From Leptolyngbya sp. (GTDB lineage: Bacteria; Cyanobacteriota; Cyanobacteriia; Phormidesmidales; Phormidesmidaceae), in assembly GCA_035285305.1 (NCBI GenBank), contig JAYKHF010000045.1:968-64967 (forward strand): a stretch of 64,000 nucleotides of DNA. Direction: 5' to 3'. The notes beneath the pieces are model-generated. The model ran no database searches and was not told the origin of the DNA. It saw nothing but the letters and a program-made list of their open reading frames with translations. A program made the translations under genes and the position numbers. This document shows, piece after piece, positions 1-7,851 of this stretch (the stretch's first letter is position 1; the number at the start of each line of letters is the position of its first letter).

Positions 1-2076
1 CCCGAGTGGACAAACTACAACCCCAGCGATCCTGGGGTGACGATGGTGGAATTGTTTGCTTGGTTAACCGATCAGATGTTGATGCGGTTTAACCAGGTGC
101 CCCGCCGGAACTATGTGGCCTTTTTGGAGATGCTGGGGGTGCGGCTTCAGCCTCCGGCCCCGGCCCACACCGAGGTGACGTTCTATTTGGCGGCCAGCTT
201 GCCCCAGGTTTACCACATTCCGGCGGGGGTGGAGGTGGCCACGGAACGCACGGAAACCGACGAGGCCGTCATTTTCAGCACCGACCGCCCCCTGGCCATT
301 GGGTTGCCGGAAATTGCGCACCTGCTGACCGCCGACCGGGATGACCTCCAGCCCAGCCTGTTGACCAACCCCTTTGCGAATTTGTGGACCAGGCAGTCGG
401 ACGGGCGCTGGGAGGGGCGCGAGCAGAACATTTTCAACGAGCAACCCCGCCCCGGCAACAGTTTCTACCTGGTGCTGGATGGGGCACAACCCACCGAGGG
501 CAACGTTTTGGCCCTGACGCTGTCTGGCGAAGCGGCCACCTCCACGGGCATCAACCCCGACCATCCGCCCCGCCGCTGGGAAGCCTGGAATGGCCAGCAG
601 TGGGTGCCGATTTTGCTGGCGGAAGGGGACGACCACACCCGTGGCTTCAGCTTCCACGAACTGGGGGGCGGCAACGCCCTCCACACCGCCGATGTGGTGT
701 TGCACCTGCCCCAGCAATTCCCGGTGGCTCAGTTTGGGGCCTATCAAGGCCGCTGGCTACGCTGCCTGTGTACCGATTCGGAGGCCTACCAAAGCCGCTA
801 TAGCCGTTCCCCTCGGCTGGTGGGGGTGGCGGTGCGGGCCATCGGTGGCACCATCGATGCCAGCCAGTGCCAAACCATCCATGAGGAACTGCTGGGGGAA
901 AGTGATGGCCAGCCCGGGCAGATGGTTCAACTTCAGGGGCCGCCCGTGCTGCCCCGCCAACCGGGGGAACAACTGCTGGTGCTGCCCCCCGATGGCCTAC
1001 CCCAGCTTTGGCAGGAGGTGAGCGACTTCGCCGACTCTGGCCCCAACGACTATCACTACGTCCTAGATTCGGTGACTGGGCGGTTGCAGTTTGGCCCGCT
1101 GATTCGCGAGCCCAGCCAGCTTCAGGCCATCACCTACGAACGATCTCGCCACCAAACCCGCGAAACCGCCCAGACGACGGCCCAAACCCCGCCCCAGGCC
1201 AGTACCCTAGATCGTCAGTATGGCGCAGTGCCCCCCCGGGGGGCGGTGTTCAAAATGGTCTCCTACCGCACCGGCGGCGGCAGACGGGGGAATGTGCAGC
1301 GCCACACCCTGCGGGTGGTCAAAACCGCCGTGCCCTATGTGGCCCAAGTGACGAACCATATCCCCGCCCGCCACGGGGCCGATGCGGAATGCCTAGAAGA
1401 CGCCGTGCTGCGGGTGCCGCGTCTCCTGCGAACCCGGGATCGAGCCGTGACCCCGGAGGATTTTGAAGCCCTGACCCAACAAGCTGGCCAGGGATCGGTG
1501 GCCCGCACCCTCTGCCCGCCCAGCACCACCCCTGGCTTGGTGGATGTCCTCGTGGTGCCCCAGGCCAACACTGAGGGCATTGATCGGGAGGTGGGGTTGC
1601 ACCCCGACGCCCTCGCCCTCACCCTGCCCCTGCGCCAGCAAATCTTGGCCTACCTGGACGAACGCCGACTGCTGGGCGTTCAAGTGGCCCTGCGGGAACC
1701 CGACTATGTGGGGGTGGCGGTGCAGATCGAAGTGGGCCTTGCCCCAGAACACAGGAATCCCCAGGCCCAAACCCAAACCCTCCACCGCCTGCGCAGTGCC
1801 CTCTATCGCTTCCTCAACCCGCTGACGGGCGGCCCCAACGGCAACGGCTGGCCCTTTGGTGCGCCGCTCTATCCCTCCGATATCATTAGCCTGGTGCAGA
1901 GCCATGAGGGCGTTCGCTACCTGGGAACCGTGCTGCTGTTTGAAATTCGGCGCGACGGCGACCAGTGGACGCGCACCCTGGCCCCCAACAACAGGATTGA
2001 CCCCGGCCCCCAGGGGCTAATTTGTTCCTGGGCCGACACCGCCCTCCGCGCTACCCACATTATTAGCCTCCTATGA
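1..2076 (+). CDS. CIS baseplate assembly protein (baseplate J / Afp11-like), 5' end outside window
   Basis: Frame is open from base 1: PEWTNYNPSDPGVTMVELFAWL is the conserved Afp11/baseplate J N-terminus. Also has YRTGGGRRGNV, RDRAVTPEDFE, RRLLG and FLNPLTGG..G.GWPFG motifs. Confidence 0.9.
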   Translation, partial: PEWTNYNPSDPGVTMVELFAWLTDQMLMRFNQVPRRNYVAFLEMLGVRLQPPAPAHTEVTFYLAASLPQVYHIPAGVEVATERTETDEAVIFSTDRPLAIGLPEIAHLLTADRDDLQPSLLTNPFANLWTRQSDGRWEGREQNIFNEQPRPGNSFYLVLDGAQPTEGNVLALTLSGEAATSTGINPDHPPRRWEAWNGQQWVPILLAEGDDHTRGFSFHELGGGNALHTADVVLHLPQQFPVAQFGAYQGRWLRCLCTDSEAYQSRYSRSPRLVGVAVRAIGGTIDASQCQTIHEELLGESDGQPGQMVQLQGPPVLPRQPGEQLLVLPPDGLPQLWQEVSDFADSGPNDYHYVLDSVTGRLQFGPLIREPSQLQAITYERSRHQTRETAQTTAQTPPQASTLDRQYGAVPPRGAVFKMVSYRTGGGRRGNVQRHTLRVVKTAVPYVAQVTNHIPARHGADAECLEDAVLRVPRLLRTRDRAVTPEDFEALTQQAGQGSVARTLCPPSTTPGLVDVLVVPQANTEGIDREVGLHPDALALTLPLRQQILAYLDERRLLGVQVALREPDYVGVAVQIEVGLAPEHRNPQAQTQTLHRLRSALYRFLNPLTGGPNGNGWPFGAPLYPSDIISLVQSHEGVRYLGTVLLFEIRRDGDQWTRTLAPNNRIDPGPQGLICSWADTALRATHIISLL

Positions 2077-2116
2077 TGCCCAGCTTGCTCCTACCCCATC
2101 TCGCCCTGTTCCCCCG

Positions 2117-3154
2117 ATGACCCAAGCCCGATCCACCACCGACATCAGCCTGGTCCTGACGCCGATGCAGGTGCCTGAGGCGATGCCGAGCGGGGGAGAA
2201 TTGGCCCAGGGGTTAACGGCTCCTCGGTCTCGGGAAAGCCTTGCTCCAAGCCTGCCAAGCCTGGTGATCTATCCCGGTGAATCGAGCGAACTGGTGATTC
2301 AAGTCCAGAACCAAAGCCGCCAGCCCCTTCAACTTCAGTACCAGGTACAGGGGGATTTTCCGGCGGATTGGTGCCAATTTCGGGCCGAGGGGTCTGAGGT
2401 GCGACCGGGGCAAACCCTAGAGGCGGTGCTCTATTTCCATCTGCCCGCCGATTATTTAGAGCAGGCCTACCCCGCCGACCAACTGCCCCTCCGGCTCGAT
2501 TACCGAGGCCGTCTGACGGTGCTCAGCCTCAACCCCAGCACCGGCGGACGCACCTTAGAACATCGGGACTTTCAGGTGTATCTACGCCCGCGCAGCCTCT
2601 ATTTAGACTTTTTGCCCGACCTGTACCGGGACCTTGACTTTGTGGGCCGCTTCTTGAAGATCTTTGAACAAACCTTCGAGCCAGCGGTGAACAGCCTGGA
2701 TAGCCTCTGGGCCTACCTGGATCCCCTCACAGCCCCCCAGGCCCTGCTGCCGTTTTTGACCCACTGGGTGGGCTGGAACTTCGATGTTCCCCTCGATCCT
2801 CGCCGCCAGCGGTTTTTGATTCGCCATGCCCTGCAAATCTACCGCTGGCGCGGAACCCGACGCGGCCTCCGGTTTTACCTCCACCTGGCCACCGGGCTCC
2901 CCCTAGACGATCACCTGACGGCGGAATCCGCCAAGCACATCGGCATCCATGAAAGCTTCAGCCAGGGGCTGATCCTCGGTGAGGCTTGCCTGGGGGAAGA
3001 CGCTAGCCTCGGCGGTGGCCAGCCCTTCCATTTTGCGATTCACCTGCGCCCCGATCCCCATCACACCATCGAGGTTGCCCTGGTTCACCAGATCATTCGC
3101 CAGGAAAAACCCGCCTTCTGCACCTACGATCTGATCATCGAGCCCCCGCCCTAG
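2117..3154 (+). CDS. CIS phage-tail/baseplate protein (P2 gpI/Afp12-like C-terminal domain) with N-terminal beta-sandwich extension
   Basis: YLDFLPDLY..DFVGRFLKIFE, YLDPLTAP..LPFLTHWVGW, RWRGTRRGL and EKPAFC motifs; lies directly after baseplate J. Confidence 0.85.
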   Translation: MTQARSTTDISLVLTPMQVPEAMPSGGELAQGLTAPRSRESLAPSLPSLVIYPGESSELVIQVQNQSRQPLQLQYQVQGDFPADWCQFRAEGSEVRPGQTLEAVLYFHLPADYLEQAYPADQLPLRLDYRGRLTVLSLNPSTGGRTLEHRDFQVYLRPRSLYLDFLPDLYRDLDFVGRFLKIFEQTFEPAVNSLDSLWAYLDPLTAPQALLPFLTHWVGWNFDVPLDPRRQRFLIRHALQIYRWRGTRRGLRFYLHLATGLPLDDHLTAESAKHIGIHESFSQGLILGEACLGEDASLGGGQPFHFAIHLRPDPHHTIEVALVHQIIRQEKPAFCTYDLIIEPPP

Positions 3155-3205
3155 ACCTTGGGTTCGATGGAAAAATCCGCCCCGCCCATGCCTCCTCCTG
3201 GGGGC

Positions 3206-3228
3206 GGGCGGGGAGACCCCGCCCCTAC
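3206..3228 (-). repeat. GTAG-type REP palindrome (family B)
   Basis: Reverse strand reads GTAGGGGCGGGGTCTCCCCGCCC; near-identical copy at 19560-19582. Confidence 0.7.
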
Positions 3229-3248
3229 CCGCCCCACCCCCTACCCGT

Positions 3249-3283
3249 CCGACTCCCGACTCCCGACCCCCGACCCCCGACCC
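3249..3283 (+). repeat. STRR-like heptamer tandem repeat CCGAC(T/C)C x5
   Basis: CCGACTC x2 followed by CCGACCC x3, immediately before the ATG at 3287. Confidence 0.85.
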
Positions 3284-3286
3284 CCC

Positions 3287-4723
3287 ATGCTTCCCCCACC
3301 CCCCCGCCATCCCCTCCAACGCCTCCAAGTCAGCGATGGCTTACTGGTGACCGCCGAACGGTGGCAGGTTGCCCACCAGTACCATCGGCAGCGGCAGAAT
3401 TTACATTTCCAGGCCTTTCACCAGGGGGGGGTGGTCAGCGGGTTGGGGGTGTGCCCGACGGTGGCTCCGGCCCAGGTGGCGAATGCCTATCGAGATGGGC
3501 GCTGGTTGCAGGTGCAGCCCGGGGTGGCCATGGATGCCCAGGGGAACCCGATTGTGGTGCCCCATCCGGTCACCTATCGCATCGCCGCCCAGCCGACGAC
3601 GGATCCGCTACTGGTCTATCTGGTGCTGAAGTTTGTGGATCCTGACCAGTTGGAGGCCCGGGAGGGAACCCATGTGGTGCAGGAAACCTTCCGGCTGGAG
3701 GAAAAAAACTCGCCGCCTGGGGAGGGCGAAATTGAGCTGTGTCGCCTGGTGCTGCTGCCGGGGGATGCCCCGATTACCCTGCCCCAGAATGGATTTAACC
3801 CCGCTGCCAACGAGTTGGACTGGCGCTATCGTCCCCTGGCCCAGGCCCGACCCCAGGGCCTGCTCACCCTGGGCTACCTCACCCTCACCGCCCAAACCAA
3901 GGCGGCGTTAGAGGTGGCGCTTCAGGGCTTGGTGACGGCCCTGCCGGGGCTCTATCCCACCCTGGGGGGATCGGTGCATCCGGTGCCCCTGGGATTGCGC
4001 CAGGGATTAGCGCTGACGGCGGCGGATATCCACCATTACGACCTGCTGCACTTGACCTATGCCGAGGCCCAGGGGTTGGATGAGGAGGAGATCGACCTGC
4101 TCCGTGCCTACGAACAGGGGGGCGGGACGCTCTTGGTGGAAGTGCCCACCACCGAGACCGCCCTCACGGAAATCGTTCAGATCTGGGCGGATGTCATGAA
4201 GGTGTTGTCGGCCTCGTCCACGGTGGTCGATGCGGCGATGTTTGCCACCCTGTGCAACGAGGAGGCTGAGCTAGAACGCTGCCTTGCCCTAGAACTGGCC
4301 CAGCACCTGCCCGCCCTAGCCGTCTGGGCTAGGCCCTCCCCGCCGCCTGCCCAGCCCGATCCCGTGAACCCAGCGGCAGAACACCCCCCTGATTGGCCCC
4401 TGGCGGGACGCCTGACGCCCCATCATCCCCTGCGACAGCAGCCCTTTACCTTTAGCCAAAACCTGGTGATTCACCAGCAGCCCCTCGCCCTGTTTAACTG
4501 GGGTGGGGTGGTGGTGGTGGTGGGTGATTTGACCGGACTATGGGGTGGCCCCAAAACTCAGTTTATGCCCCGCGACAGCCTACGCAATGCGCAAGAACTG
4601 GGGATAAACCTGTTGCATCTGGCTTGGCAACGCCGTCAATGGGCCATGGCGATGGTGCCAGACACGACCGCCGCCGCCGCCTCGGTCTCTTCCCTAGACA
4701 CCATCTACGATCGCCTCGGCTAA
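3287..4723 (+). CDS. CIS-associated protein with N-terminal baseplate/fibre-attachment-like domain and C-terminal DUF4159-like domain
   Basis: N-terminal RLQVSDGLLVTAERW..HQYH..GVVSGLGV..QPGVAMDAQGNPIVV; C-terminal GGGTLLVE, HPL..QPF.F, WGG.VVVVGDL and QELGINLL. Start moved to 3287 because the upstream in-frame segment is REP and STRR DNA. Confidence 0.7.
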   Translation: MLPPPPRHPLQRLQVSDGLLVTAERWQVAHQYHRQRQNLHFQAFHQGGVVSGLGVCPTVAPAQVANAYRDGRWLQVQPGVAMDAQGNPIVVPHPVTYRIAAQPTTDPLLVYLVLKFVDPDQLEAREGTHVVQETFRLEEKNSPPGEGEIELCRLVLLPGDAPITLPQNGFNPAANELDWRYRPLAQARPQGLLTLGYLTLTAQTKAALEVALQGLVTALPGLYPTLGGSVHPVPLGLRQGLALTAADIHHYDLLHLTYAEAQGLDEEEIDLLRAYEQGGGTLLVEVPTTETALTEIVQIWADVMKVLSASSTVVDAAMFATLCNEEAELERCLALELAQHLPALAVWARPSPPPAQPDPVNPAAEHPPDWPLAGRLTPHHPLRQQPFTFSQNLVIHQQPLALFNWGGVVVVVGDLTGLWGGPKTQFMPRDSLRNAQELGINLLHLAWQRRQWAMAMVPDTTAAAASVSSLDTIYDRLG

Positions 4724-4761
4724 GCCCTAGGCTGGTTATTCCGTCCCCGGTGAATTTCTCT

Positions 4762-7032
4762 ATGGCTCCACTGCTCACCACTCAGATTACGCCCCTGGTG
4801 CTGTACTTCAAGCCGGGGCAGACGCCACCTAGCTTTTCGGTGCAGGTGGTCAACCAGAGCGATAGCTTTGCCACCTTTCAGCTTGAGGTCTTGGCGGCGG
4901 GGGTAGAGGCCGAGGCCGGTCGAACCTGGTATCAGCAAGCGCCCGATGTATCGGCCAAAATTCCGCCGGGAGACCGCACAGAATTTTGGGTGACGGTGCT
5001 GGATGTACCGCCGGTGCGGGGTGGCTTTGTGGGGTCGATGACCCTGACGGTGCGGGTGTTTTCCGTGGAACTGCGCCAGGAGGATCGCCAGGTGTTGAAC
5101 CTGGTGATTGAGGGCAGCGGCATTATTCCGCCCCAGATCGACATTTTGACCCCCCAATTGGTGGCGGTGCCCCAGGCGCGGCTGGAGATCCCCGTGCGGC
5201 TGTATAACCCCAACCGCAGCACCCTGCGGATCAACCTAGCGGTGCAGGGATTGCCCCCCGAATGGCTCACGGATGGCCAGGAGCGTCGCCTGGAGGTGCC
5301 CGCCCAGGGGGAGGTCATGACCACCTTTTTAGGCCAGATTGGATCGCCCCTGGATGCCCCCAGCCAGGTTTACCCCTTTGACCTAGAGGCCCGTGTCACC
5401 GCCCTCGTCAGCCAACGGATCTCCAGTCAGATCACGGTGTTGCCAGCGGGGGCCGTGACGGTGAACCTCACTACCCCCGTGGTGCACTATCCACCGCCCA
5501 AGCCGCTCCGCCGTGACCCCCAGGCCCGTGGGGCCGAGGGCCAACCCCCGGAGGAATCTTGGCTGAGCCTACCGATGGCGGCGATGGCGGTGTTCCAGGG
5601 GCAGAGCCCATCGGATTCATCCCCATCGGCCCCCGCCCGCTCCGCCGTGACCCCCGGATCCAAAACGGCGGTGATTGGCCTGACGTTCCACAATCAAAGC
5701 AACCTCGTCCAGACGCTTACCCCCGTGGTGGAACGCATCCACCTCGGCTGGTTTGAGGAGGATGAGACCCAAATTCGCCCCCTAGGGGCGGGGGATCGGG
5801 TGATCCTGCCCGAAGAACCGCTGTCCTTACCCATCGGGGCCGTGCTGCCGATCACCCTTCCGGTGGCGGTGGCTCGGCCCTGGCTGGGCTGGACGCGCAC
5901 CCACCTGTTGCGGCTGTCGGCCCAGCGTCCTGATACCCAAATTCCCCTAGAGCCTGCCTACCACACCGTCACGGTACGCGCCCGCCCCCGGTTGCCCTGG
6001 GCGCTCCAACTGTTGGGCCTAGGAGGGCTGTTGGCCCTGGCGGTGCTGTTGCCGCTCACGCCCCCCAGCCATCGAGGCCCCGTCAATATGGTGCGTTTCG
6101 ATGGCCGTGCCTCGGAAGTCCTCAGTGCCTCGGAGGACCAAACCGTACGGCGCTGGCGGCTGGAGGGAAACCATCTGCGGCGCTGGCAGCGTCCGGTACG
6201 GGCTGACAAAGCCATTCGGGTGGCCCGCTATCGCCCCGTGGGCAACGATGCCATTGCCGTGGGCTATGAAAATGGATCCACTGAAATCCTCAGTTTGCGG
6301 GTGCCCGAGCCGCCCCTGGTGCTGGGCCATGCCCTCGGTGATCGGGTGTTTGACCTCCAATTCACCGCCGATGCCCAAACCCTGTTCACCGGCTACGGCA
6401 GCGGTGCCCTGCGGCGCTGGGATTTGTCGGGTCTCCCCAGGGGCACCCTGCGGCCCGCGCAGGGTGCGGATGCGGGGTTTGCCGTCCAAACCCTGGCCCT
6501 GGCACCCGGTGGCCAAGTGCTGGTGGGGGGCCGCTTCAACCGTATCGTCCTGTGGGACTGGGCGCAGGATCGAATCCTACCCTTCCCCTACCTCCCTCGG
6601 GGGGGCGACCAAGACTACATCACCAGTCTGGCCATCGCCAGCCAGCAACCCCATCGCCTCGCCGTGGCCGACAACCAAGGGCGCATCAGTCTGTGGGATC
6701 TGCGCACCTGCCTGATCTCTGGCACCCCGACGGAATCCTGCCGTCCGGTCTCCACCTGGGCCGATGGCCACGGGGGCGAGTCCGTGCGTGCCCTCGCCCT
6801 GACGGAAAGTGGCTGTGCCCTCGTCAGTGGTGGGGCCGATGGTCAGATCAAGCTGTGGGAAATCCAGACCGATGGATCCCTGGTCAACGAACGTCGCCTG
6901 GGCCAATCCCGTCAGGCCATTGACGCGGTGGATGTGGTGATCCGAGACCGTCGCCTGCTCGTGGTCAGCGGCGGCAGCGATCACCGGGTCAAGCTCTACA
7001 CTGCCCCGATTCCGAATACCTGCCTGCGGTGA
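4762..7032 (+). CDS. CIS-associated membrane protein: Ig-like domains + single TM helix + WD40 beta-propeller
   Basis: Repeated beta-sandwich segments (V.V.N.S..), a hydrophobic helix WALQLLGLGGLLALAVLLPL, then WD repeats (SASEDQTVRRW, LRRWD, IVLWD, ISLWD, SGGADGQIKLWE, SGGSDHRVKLY). Confidence 0.8.
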   Translation: MAPLLTTQITPLVLYFKPGQTPPSFSVQVVNQSDSFATFQLEVLAAGVEAEAGRTWYQQAPDVSAKIPPGDRTEFWVTVLDVPPVRGGFVGSMTLTVRVFSVELRQEDRQVLNLVIEGSGIIPPQIDILTPQLVAVPQARLEIPVRLYNPNRSTLRINLAVQGLPPEWLTDGQERRLEVPAQGEVMTTFLGQIGSPLDAPSQVYPFDLEARVTALVSQRISSQITVLPAGAVTVNLTTPVVHYPPPKPLRRDPQARGAEGQPPEESWLSLPMAAMAVFQGQSPSDSSPSAPARSAVTPGSKTAVIGLTFHNQSNLVQTLTPVVERIHLGWFEEDETQIRPLGAGDRVILPEEPLSLPIGAVLPITLPVAVARPWLGWTRTHLLRLSAQRPDTQIPLEPAYHTVTVRARPRLPWALQLLGLGGLLALAVLLPLTPPSHRGPVNMVRFDGRASEVLSASEDQTVRRWRLEGNHLRRWQRPVRADKAIRVARYRPVGNDAIAVGYENGSTEILSLRVPEPPLVLGHALGDRVFDLQFTADAQTLFTGYGSGALRRWDLSGLPRGTLRPAQGADAGFAVQTLALAPGGQVLVGGRFNRIVLWDWAQDRILPFPYLPRGGDQDYITSLAIASQQPHRLAVADNQGRISLWDLRTCLISGTPTESCRPVSTWADGHGGESVRALALTESGCALVSGGADGQIKLWEIQTDGSLVNERRLGQSRQAIDAVDVVIRDRRLLVVSGGSDHRVKLYTAPIPNTCLR

Positions 7033-7046
7033 TGGCCCGGGGCCGG

Positions 7047-7078
7047 ATCGGGGGCTAGCTAAATCGGGGGCTAGCTAA
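7047..7078. repeat. 16-bp tandem duplication ATCGGGGGCTAGCTAA x2
   Basis: Exact duplication covering the cupin stop codon. Confidence 0.85.
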
Positions 7079-7433
7079 AGATGGTTTCGTCTTCCTTGCG
7101 CCAAGCCGGATCGACGAGACAGATAAAGACCAGCGGTTCTTCGCCCAGGTTGCGGATGTACTGGCGGGCCTGGGGCGGAATGTAGACCGCGTCCCCCGGC
7201 TCGACGGCGTTGACCTCGTCATTGATGTGCATTTCGCCTCGGCCAGAGAGGATATAGTACACCTCGGAGGTGGTCAGGGCGTGGGGGGTAGACACCTGGC
7301 CCACGGGCACGATGGCATGGGCCAAACTGTAGCGCAGGTCGATGGCTTGCTTGTCGGGATGCAGCAATTCCCGCAGACGGGTGCCATCTCCGGCGATAAA
7401 CTCCGGGCAGTCAAACAATTTGCGAATCAGCAT
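7071..7433 (-). CDS. Cupin domain protein
   Basis: Cupin motifs STPH..EVYYILSGRG and VEPGDAVYIPP. Confidence 0.85.
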   Translation of the reverse strand: MLIRKLFDCPEFIAGDGTRLRELLHPDKQAIDLRYSLAHAIVPVGQVSTPHALTTSEVYYILSGRGEMHINDEVNAVEPGDAVYIPPQARQYIRNLGEEPLVFICLVDPAWRKEDETIFS

Positions 7434-7560
7434 AGCAAATCAATATGGCGAATCAATATGGCAAATCATGGGCAAGGCCACGGGATCAGGATCATCGGGC
7501 TGGTGGGGCAATAACAGGAAATCAGTGGCAGGCAATCGGTTTGCCAAGGTCGCCAGCAAG

Positions 7561-7641
7561 TCGCAATTCTCATTTTGGCAAATTGGCCGTTCGCCCTGAG
7601 CGGTATTTTATTCGCCAGCCTAGTCATGCTGAGAATTGCTG
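7561..7641. mobile_element. Putative 81-bp MITE with terminal inverted repeats and 9-bp target-site duplication
   Basis: TCGCAATTCTCA ... TGAGAATTGCTG (10-bp perfect IR core), flanked on both sides by GCCAGCAAG (7552-7560 and 7642-7650). Confidence 0.55.
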
Positions 7642-7740
7642 GCCAGCAAGGGCTAGGGTGGGCACAGATCTCATCTCAGCGTACCATTTGAAGTGAGGAA
7701 AGGCCTCTCCCCAAACGCCCGAGCGACCAGGCCTTGTCAC

Positions 7741-7773
7741 CCTAGCCCTGACCTAGCCCTGACCTAGCCCTGA
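7741..7773. repeat. 11-bp tandem repeat CCTAGCCCTGA x3
   Basis: Three exact copies upstream of bioA. Confidence 0.9.
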
Positions 7774-7851
7774 CCGAGGACGGCGAGGGCCGGGGGATGG
7801 CTTGATCATCGTTGTGTATCGTTCAGTCGCGGTAGCGGAAAGAACAACCGG

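Noticed and set aside
3158-3286. Pro-rich N-terminal domain of the DUF4159-like protein
   Set aside because: It is the translation of a REP and a heptamer array; ATG 3287 begins the conserved-looking sequence.
1-7032. Prophage tail operon or T6SS
   Set aside because: No capsid, integrase, lysis or TssJLM genes are visible, and the motif set and WD40/DUF4159 partners fit an eCIS/tCIS locus. The upstream part cannot be seen.
7730-7850. BirA operator upstream of bioA
   Set aside because: TTGTCACC has no matching inverted half-site; the region is a simple 11-mer tandem repeat.
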